A stretch of DNA of 64,000 nt, taken from positions 17,436 through 81,435 of the forward strand of contig JBKPMR010000061.1 in assembly GCA_046732255.1 (NCBI GenBank). Reading direction: 5' to 3'. Positions 58,321-64,000 of this stretch are shown here, in pieces. The stretch's first letter is position 1, and the number at the start of each line of letters is the position of its first letter. Under the pieces are notes generated by a model. It was not told the DNA's origin. It did not search any database and saw only the letters and a list, made by a program, of their open reading frames with translations. A program made the translations under genes and the position numbers. Source of the stretch: Actinomycetota bacterium. GTDB taxonomy: Bacteria; Actinomycetota; Thermoleophilia; Gaiellales; Gaiellaceae.

Positions 58321-59014
58321 AGTCGAGCTCGGCCTCTGCGAGAACGCCGTCGAGGCGCTCGCGGCGGCGGCGGCGTCCGATCAGTCGCAGCGCCCACGCA
58401 AGCGCCCGCCGTCGGCCGCCGTCGAGCAGGTCGGTGTCGTGGAAGCACACGTGGACGTAGCCCGGTAGCCGACCGAGCGCGGCACGAGCGGCCATGCCGA
58501 GTGAGTGCGTGGCGGGCAGCTCACGGAGCGACGCCGTGCCGACCCTGAGGGTCGCCGGCTCGGCCAGCGCGAGCCGCGGGGCGCCGGGGGCGAGGTAGGG
58601 CGGTCGAAACGCGGTCGCCGTGCAGTCGGTGACGTCGAGCTCCGCGAGCACGGCGGCGACGCCCTGGTCGATGTACCAGCCTCCACCGGCGAACAGCGCC
58701 GGCCGCAGGCCGCGCTCGTCGAGCCACGTGACCTGCTCGCGCACGACGGCGGCCGGCTCGCCTCCGGTCGGCCGTGCCTGCGTCGGCCCGCCCCAGTGCG
58801 TGTGGAGCCCGAACGGCCCGCGAGCGGCGAGGATCCGGGCGCGTGCGAGCCAGAGCGACTCGCTCTCGCCGGACACGGGATCGGGCGGACGCATCAGCGC
58901 CGCGATCTCGAACCCGCCCGGGCGGCGAGCCTGGAAATCCGAGAACGCGCTCCACGCACGGTCGTCGAGCGGCTGCTCGACGTGGCAGGAAACGACGGCA
59001 CAGGCGTCGGCCAT
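58295..59014 (-). CDS. hypothetical protein (possibly a polysaccharide-deacetylase-like fold)
   Basis: 239 aa, high GC3. Motifs VSCHVEQPLDD and LHTHWGG are only loosely NodB-like. No confident family assignment. Confidence 0.4.
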   Translation of the reverse strand: MADACAVVSCHVEQPLDDRAWSAFSDFQARRPGGFEIAALMRPPDPVSGESESLWLARARILAARGPFGLHTHWGGPTQARPTGGEPAAVVREQVTWLDERGLRPALFAGGGWYIDQGVAAVLAELDVTDCTATAFRPPYLAPGAPRLALAEPATLRVGTASLRELPATHSLGMAARAALGRLPGYVHVCFHDTDLLDGGRRRALAWALRLIGRRRRRERLDGVLAEAELDFSAAASVP

Positions 59015-59042
59015 CTCGCCGCCATCGTAGGCTCATTGCCCG

Positions 59043-60920
59043 ATGTGTGGCATCTGCGGGTTGCTCGCGCCGTCCGGCGACCGGCCGGACCCGGCGCTCG
59101 TCGAGCGGATGAACGGCGCCCTCGTCCACCGCGGCCCCGATGAGGGGTCGGTGGACGCGTTCGGGCGCTGCGTCCTCGGCCACCGCCGACTGCGCGTGAT
59201 CGACCTCGCAACCGGTAGCCAACCGGTCGAGAACGAGGCCGGCGACGTCGTCGCCGTCTTCAACGGAGAGCTGTACAACTTCCTCGACCTCCGGGCCGAG
59301 CTCGCGGGCCACGCAGTGCGCGGCTCGGGTGACACTCCGGTGATCCCGCACCTGTACGAGGAGTCGGGCCCGGAGTTCGCGTTGCGGCTCGAGGGGATGT
59401 TCGCGATCGCCCTTTGGGACGCAGCCCGCGAGCGGCTCGTGCTCGCCCGCGACCGCGTCGGCAAGAAACCACTGCTGTGGACGCAGCTTCCGGACGGAAC
59501 GCTGGCGTTCGCCTCCGAGCTGAAGGCGCTGCTGCGACTGCCGGACGTGCGCCGTGACGTCGACCCGGAGGCCCTCGACGCATACCTGGCGCTCCAGTAC
59601 GTCCCGGCCGGGACCGCGCTCCGCGGTGTCGAGAAGCTGCCGCCCGGCCACCTGCTCGTCGCCGAGAACGGCGCGGTCCGGGTGCAGCCGTACTGGTCGC
59701 TTGCTCCGCGCGAGGAGCACCTCGAGGAACCAGAGTGGCTGGAGCGGGTGCGCGAGACCGTCGGCGCGGCAGTGCGGCGGCGGCTCGTCGCAGACGTCCC
59801 GCTCGGCGCGCTCCTCTCGGGCGGGATCGACTCGAGCATCGTCGTCGCCGAGATGGCCGGGGCGGGCGGTCGCGTACGCACGTTCACGGTCGGTTTCGGC
59901 GACGAGCGCTACGACGAGCGGCAGTACGCACGGGCGGTCGCCGAGCGGTACGGCACGGAGCACGAGGAGATCGTGGTCGAGCCCGACGTGACCGAGCTCC
60001 TCCCCCGGCTCGCCTGCTCGTTCGACGAGCCGCTCGGGGACGAGGCCGCGCTGCCCGAGCTCGTGGTCAGCGAGCTCGCCCGGCAGCGGGTGACGGTCGC
60101 GCTCACCGGGGACGGCGGAGACGAGGCCTTCGCCGGCTACGAGCGGTACGCGGCGGTCGGTCTCGCCGAACGGGTGGCCGTGCCCGGCGTCGGAACGGCC
60201 GCGCGGGCGCTGCGCTGGGCCGGACGTCGCGAGCCGAGGTCGCGCGCGAACCGCGCCGGCAGGTTGCTCGAGCTGGGAGCGCTCCCGGCCGCGGAGCGGT
60301 ACGGGCGGCTGATCGAGGTCTTCCCCGCTGAGCTGCGGGCGGAGCTGTGGGAGCCGTCGTTCATCGCCCGACCCCGACCGGCCTGGGAGCTGCTCGTGCC
60401 GCCCGAGGACGGCATCTCCGGGATCCAGCGGCTCGACGTGCGCACCTATCTCCCCGGCGATCTCCTCCTGAAGGCGGACATCGCCTCGATGGCGCACTCG
60501 CTCGAGCTGCGCTCGCCGCTGCTCGACCATGCCGTGCTCGAGCTCGGCGTGTCGTTGCCGGACTCGCTGAAGGTCGAGGGGCGACGCGGGAAGGTCGCCT
60601 TGCGGCGCGCGTTCGAGGACGCACTCCCGCCAACGGTCGCGCGACGCGGCAAGACCGGGTTCGGCGTGCCGATCGCGCGCTGGTTCCGCGGCGAGCTGCA
60701 GCCGCTCGCCCGGGACGTCCTCCTCGGCGAAACCGCACGGGCACGCGGTCAGTTGCGGCCGACGGCCGTCGCGCGGCTGCTGGACGACCACGTCTCCGGT
60801 CGCGCCGACCATGCGCACCGGCTCTGGTGCCTCCTGATGCTCGAGCTCTGGCAACAGACATACGTCGACGCCGCCGGCCCGGTCGGGACCGCAGGATTTT
60901 CGCCGCCGCGACCGGCATGA
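59043..60920 (+). CDS. asnB: asparagine synthase (glutamine-hydrolysing) family amidotransferase
   Basis: 625 aa. MCGICG (Ntn Cys2), HRGPD, HRRL.V.D, SGGIDSS (PP-loop). Confidence 0.9.
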   Translation: MCGICGLLAPSGDRPDPALVERMNGALVHRGPDEGSVDAFGRCVLGHRRLRVIDLATGSQPVENEAGDVVAVFNGELYNFLDLRAELAGHAVRGSGDTPVIPHLYEESGPEFALRLEGMFAIALWDAARERLVLARDRVGKKPLLWTQLPDGTLAFASELKALLRLPDVRRDVDPEALDAYLALQYVPAGTALRGVEKLPPGHLLVAENGAVRVQPYWSLAPREEHLEEPEWLERVRETVGAAVRRRLVADVPLGALLSGGIDSSIVVAEMAGAGGRVRTFTVGFGDERYDERQYARAVAERYGTEHEEIVVEPDVTELLPRLACSFDEPLGDEAALPELVVSELARQRVTVALTGDGGDEAFAGYERYAAVGLAERVAVPGVGTAARALRWAGRREPRSRANRAGRLLELGALPAAERYGRLIEVFPAELRAELWEPSFIARPRPAWELLVPPEDGISGIQRLDVRTYLPGDLLLKADIASMAHSLELRSPLLDHAVLELGVSLPDSLKVEGRRGKVALRRAFEDALPPTVARRGKTGFGVPIARWFRGELQPLARDVLLGETARARGQLRPTAVARLLDDHVSGRADHAHRLWCLLMLELWQQTYVDAAGPVGTAGFSPPRPA

Positions 60921-60945
60921 CGGGCGCGGCACCGGACGGCAGGCT

Positions 60946-62259
60946 GTGAATCCAGTCGCGAACGCCGGCGGCGAAGCCGCCGGCGGACCTCGGAAGGGGG
61001 CTCACGGGGGAAACCGGCTGTTTCCCCCGTGGTCGATCGTCGCCGTCGTCGCGGCGCTGCCGCGGCTGGTCGTGCTCCTGGTCGAGCGCCGGGACATCCT
61101 GACCGCCTTCACCGAGAAGAGCGACGACATTGCGCGGACCTTCGTCGACTCCGGCACCTTCGGATTCATCCCCGGTCACCCGACCGCGTGGACGCAGCCG
61201 CTCTACGCCTGGTTCCTGATCCCGATCTACTGGATCTTCGGCCGGTCGTGGTGGGCGGTCGGACTGATCCAGATCGCCGTCGCGGTCGGCACCGCGCTCC
61301 TCGTGTACGAGCTCGGCCGGCGCTTCGTCTCGAAGCGGGTGGGTCTGGTCGCGGCGGTCGTCGCGACGCTGAACCCGTACCTCGTCTGGCACGACGTGCA
61401 CGAGAACCGCGAGATCCTCGACCAGTTCCTCGCCGTCGCGATCGTGCTGCTCGTGATGATCCTCGCCGGGCGGCGGTCTCTGTGGCTCGCGGCCGCGCTG
61501 GGAGTGACCCTCGGGCTGGCGATCCTCGGGAACACCCGCCTCCTCTTCCTGCCCGTTCTGTGCTGTGGATTCCTCGTCGGTCGCGAGCGCCGGACGTGGG
61601 CGGTCGTCGGCGTCGTCCTCGCCGGTTGTGTGCTCGCCCTGCTCCCCTGGATTGTGCGAAACCGTGTTCAGGTGGGTTGCTTCACGCTCACGACGGACAC
61701 GCGGGCGCTGTGGAAGGCGAACAACCTGAACACGTACGACACCCTCGCGCAGGGGAAGTGGATCGACGACGTGCCCCCGCTGCCGAACGAGCCGCCGACA
61801 CCGGAGTTCGCGGGCGCCTACTACGAGGTCTACGGCAAGGTGCTGCCTGTGAACGAGTGCGCGCGCATGCGGGTCTACCGGCACCTCGTCTTCGATTTCT
61901 GGCGTGAGCATTCGGGAGAGAAGGCGAAGCTGGCCGGGCAGGCCTCGGCGATGCTCTGGAACCCGCAGGCGATCCGTACCGAGGGGCGCGCGGAGTCGGG
62001 CGGTGCGGTCGACGCCTTGCGCCGGTGGGCGCAGCCGGCCTACTCGATCCCGCTGTTCGTACTCGGCCTGCTCGGCGTCTGGCTGCTGCCGGGCAGGCTC
62101 GCGCTGCTCGGGGTGGCGCTGCTCGCCTACCAGACGCTGCTGGCTGTCGGCTTCGCCGGGGCGACCCGGTACCGAGTGCCGTGGGACTTTCTCATAGCGC
62201 TGGCGGCGGCCGCTGCCCTGTGGTGGGCGGTCGACCGGCGGAGGCGGGCGGCGAGGTGA
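60946..62259 (+). CDS. ArnT/PMT_2-like (GT39/GT83-type) GT-C membrane glycosyltransferase
   Basis: 437 aa, ...SDDIARTFVDSGTFGF....P.AWTQPLYAWF..P......WW.VGLIQIA. Codons ~17-29 coincide with a REP-like hairpin, so the start is uncertain. Confidence 0.7.
   Translation: MNPVANAGGEAAGGPRKGAHGGNRLFPPWSIVAVVAALPRLVVLLVERRDILTAFTEKSDDIARTFVDSGTFGFIPGHPTAWTQPLYAWFLIPIYWIFGRSWWAVGLIQIAVAVGTALLVYELGRRFVSKRVGLVAAVVATLNPYLVWHDVHENREILDQFLAVAIVLLVMILAGRRSLWLAAALGVTLGLAILGNTRLLFLPVLCCGFLVGRERRTWAVVGVVLAGCVLALLPWIVRNRVQVGCFTLTTDTRALWKANNLNTYDTLAQGKWIDDVPPLPNEPPTPEFAGAYYEVYGKVLPVNECARMRVYRHLVFDFWREHSGEKAKLAGQASAMLWNPQAIRTEGRAESGGAVDALRRWAQPAYSIPLFVLGLLGVWLLPGRLALLGVALLAYQTLLAVGFAGATRYRVPWDFLIALAAAAALWWAVDRRRRAAR
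61003..61031. repeat. REP-like GC hairpin (longest copy)
   Basis: CACGGGGGAAAC-CGGCT-GTTTCCCCCGTG, perfect 12-bp stem, preceded by AAGGGGGCT. Confidence 0.7.
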
Positions 62260-63320
62260 CTCGAGTCGTCCACGTCCACCGGATCCGCGGGATCGGCGGG
62301 TCGGAGCGGCACCTGCTGACGCTGCTGCCGGCGCTGGCGGCCGAGGGGATCGAGCCCTTGTTCCTGGGCCTCGACGATCCGGGCTGGGCGGTCGAGCCGT
62401 TCTACCGCGAGCTCGGCGTGGAGGCGGTGCGGCTGCCGTGCCCGCGGGACGTCGATCCACGCCTGCTGCGGCGCGTGCGCAGGGAGCTCGCGCGGCTCCG
62501 CCCCGACCTCGTCCACACCCACCTCGTGCACGCAGACGTCTACGGGACGCTCGGGGCGGCGGGCGCGCCGGTCGTCTCCACGAAGCACAACGACGACCCA
62601 TTCCGGCGGGGCCCGTTCCGGTTCGCGGAGCGGCTGCTCACGCGGCGGGCGGCGCGCGTGATCGCGATCACACAGGCGCTGCGGCGGTTCTGCGTCGACG
62701 AGGTCGGGCTGCCGCCGGCGAAGGTGGAGGTCGTCCACTACGGGCTCGACGAGTTGCCCCGGCCGTGGGGCGTCGACCCGCCGATCGAGCTGCCGGACGG
62801 CGCACGGGTGCTGCTCTGCGTCGCCCGGCTCGAGCCGCAGAAGGGCGTCGACCTCGCGGTGCAGGCGCTCGCCCGCGTGCGGAGGGTCGAGCCGCGGGCG
62901 GTGCTGGTGGTGCTCGGCGAGGGCCCGGAGCGGCCGCGTCTGGGCGGCGAAGGGGTCTTCCTTCCAGGTCGGGTCGGTGACGTGGCCGCGTGGTACCGGC
63001 GGGCGGAACTGCTCGTCCATCCCGCGCGCTGGGAGGGGTTCGGGCTGGCGTTGCTCGAGGCGATGCTGGCCGGCAAGCCGGTGGTCGCGACGCGGGTCAG
63101 CTCCGCTCCGGAGATCGTCGCCGACGGCGAGACCGGGCTGCTCGTACCGGCGGACGACGCGGGCGCGCTGGCCGAGGCGTTGTTGGCGGTCCTCAGCGAT
63201 CCGGCGCGGGCGGCGGCGATGGGGAAGGCCGGTCTCGCGCGGGCGAGGAGCGAGTTCTCGGTTGCGAGGATGGCCGGGCGGACGGCGGCCGTCTACGCGT
63301 CCGTGAGCGCCGACCGGTAG
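62256..63320 (+). CDS. GT4 family glycosyltransferase
   Basis: Last 354 aa of ORF 62025..63320. VHPARWEGFGLALLEAMLAGKPVVATR. GTG 62256 is in a GTGA overlap. Confidence 0.85.
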   Translation: MTRVVHVHRIRGIGGSERHLLTLLPALAAEGIEPLFLGLDDPGWAVEPFYRELGVEAVRLPCPRDVDPRLLRRVRRELARLRPDLVHTHLVHADVYGTLGAAGAPVVSTKHNDDPFRRGPFRFAERLLTRRAARVIAITQALRRFCVDEVGLPPAKVEVVHYGLDELPRPWGVDPPIELPDGARVLLCVARLEPQKGVDLAVQALARVRRVEPRAVLVVLGEGPERPRLGGEGVFLPGRVGDVAAWYRRAELLVHPARWEGFGLALLEAMLAGKPVVATRVSSAPEIVADGETGLLVPADDAGALAEALLAVLSDPARAAAMGKAGLARARSEFSVARMAGRTAAVYASVSADR

Positions 63321-64000
63321 AGGATCTCCGTCCGGTCTACGCAGCGCGCCTCGAGGAAGTCCCGGAGAGCACGGTCGCGGCCGGCGCGGCCCATCTCGGC
63401 TGCCCGCCCCAGGTCGCCCGCGAGCCGGACGATCGCCTCGCGGAGCGGCTCGGCCTCCCCCGGAGCGACGAGCAGCCCGGTCTCGCCGTCGCGGACGAGC
63501 TCGCCGAGACCGCCGATCTCGGCGGCGATCACCGGTCGTGCGCGCTCCATCGCCTCGAGCGCGACCATCCCGAACCCCTCCCCCATCGAGGGCACGACGA
63601 CGATCGCCGAGCGCTCGATCGCGCTCTGGATCGGCGCGACGTACCCGAGGAAGTGCACGGCGTCGGAGATCCCGAGCTCGCGGGCGAGCGCGCGCAGAGC
63701 CGGCTCGAGCGGGCCGCGGCCCGCGATGTCGAGCTCGAGGCCGGGGATCTCCCGCCTCGCGGCCGCGAAGGCACGCAGGAGGACGATATGCCCCTTGATC
63801 GGGATCAGGCGGCCGACGCAGAGGAGCCGCGGGGCCGCGCCGCGGTAGGGGCTGGGCTCGCCGTTCGGCGTGATCCCGTAGTGGACGATCTCGAAGCTGC
63901 GCTCCTGGAAGCCCTCGGTGTTGGCGAGGTAGCGTGCGAGCCCGCGCGAGATCGCGATGTGGACGTGGGCGAGGCTGGCGACGGTGCGATCGCCGAGTGC
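63293..64000 (-). CDS. GT4 family glycosyltransferase, N-terminus beyond the window edge
   Basis: The frame is open from 64000 down to the stop at 63293. My translation: ...LLCVGRLIPIKGHIVLLRAF...LGISDAVHFLGYV...VVPSMGEGFGMVALEAMERARPVIAA. The ORF track lists only 63293..63658. Confidence 0.8.
   Translation of the reverse strand, partial: ALGDRTVASLAHVHIAISRGLARYLANTEGFQERSFEIVHYGITPNGEPSPYRGAAPRLLCVGRLIPIKGHIVLLRAFAAARREIPGLELDIAGRGPLEPALRALARELGISDAVHFLGYVAPIQSAIERSAIVVVPSMGEGFGMVALEAMERARPVIAAEIGGLGELVRDGETGLLVAPGEAEPLREAIVRLAGDLGRAAEMGRAGRDRALRDFLEARCVDRTEILYRSALTDA

Noticed and set aside
1-64000. Looked for mobile elements, prophage, integrase/transposase, rRNA, and canonical tRNA genes flanking the accessory region
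   Set aside because: No ORF shows DDE or tyrosine/serine recombinase motifs. No long terminal inverted repeats or att-like tRNA 3'-end duplications were seen. Apart from local AT-richer intergenic spots, I noticed no obvious shift in base composition when reading through the window (not measured).

Overview
High-GC (about 70%) actinobacterial-type chromosomal segment; I cannot assign a species. The left ~13 kb carries an amidase, a cofactor F420 gene set (fbiC, cofC/fbiD, fgd, a PPOX-class enzyme, cofD-cofE), a macro-domain protein, a multi-GAF GGDEF cyclase and PolX. From ~13 kb to the right edge lies a very large envelope-glycan region. It holds about 9 GT4, 3 GT2 and 1 CgeB-like glycosyltransferases, 5-6 ArnT/GT-C-like polytopic membrane proteins and two initiating phosphoglycosyl transferases (a WecA-like fusion and a WbaP-like enzyme). 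It also holds Wzm/Wzt ABC exporter parts, gmd/fcl, two more SDR enzymes, a DegT aminotransferase, asnB and 8 SAM methyltransferases. This region is interrupted by hemE-hemH, two VapC toxin-antitoxin modules and a lone Arch_ATPase-type NTPase. Genes are tightly coupled through many GTGA/ATGA stop-start overlaps, and several appear leaderless. No rRNA, CRISPR array, transposase or integrase was seen. The most unusual item is an 87-nt tRNA-like gene (51967-52053) with an 8/4 acceptor/T geometry, a tRNA-Sec-like D-arm, a long variable arm and anticodon GAG (allo-tRNA-like). Other unexplained structure: a reused GGGGAAC-N5-GTTCCCC hairpin family; a ~130-nt double-hairpin repeat present twice 35 kb apart; paired GGGGTCTGACCCC palindromes at two operon junctions; a perfect 14-bp hairpin plus uORF over the wzt start; and a WecA-type transferase fused to a WbaP/CapD-type N-terminal module. 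All functional calls rest on my own motif recognition in the translated ORFs. No database search was run.
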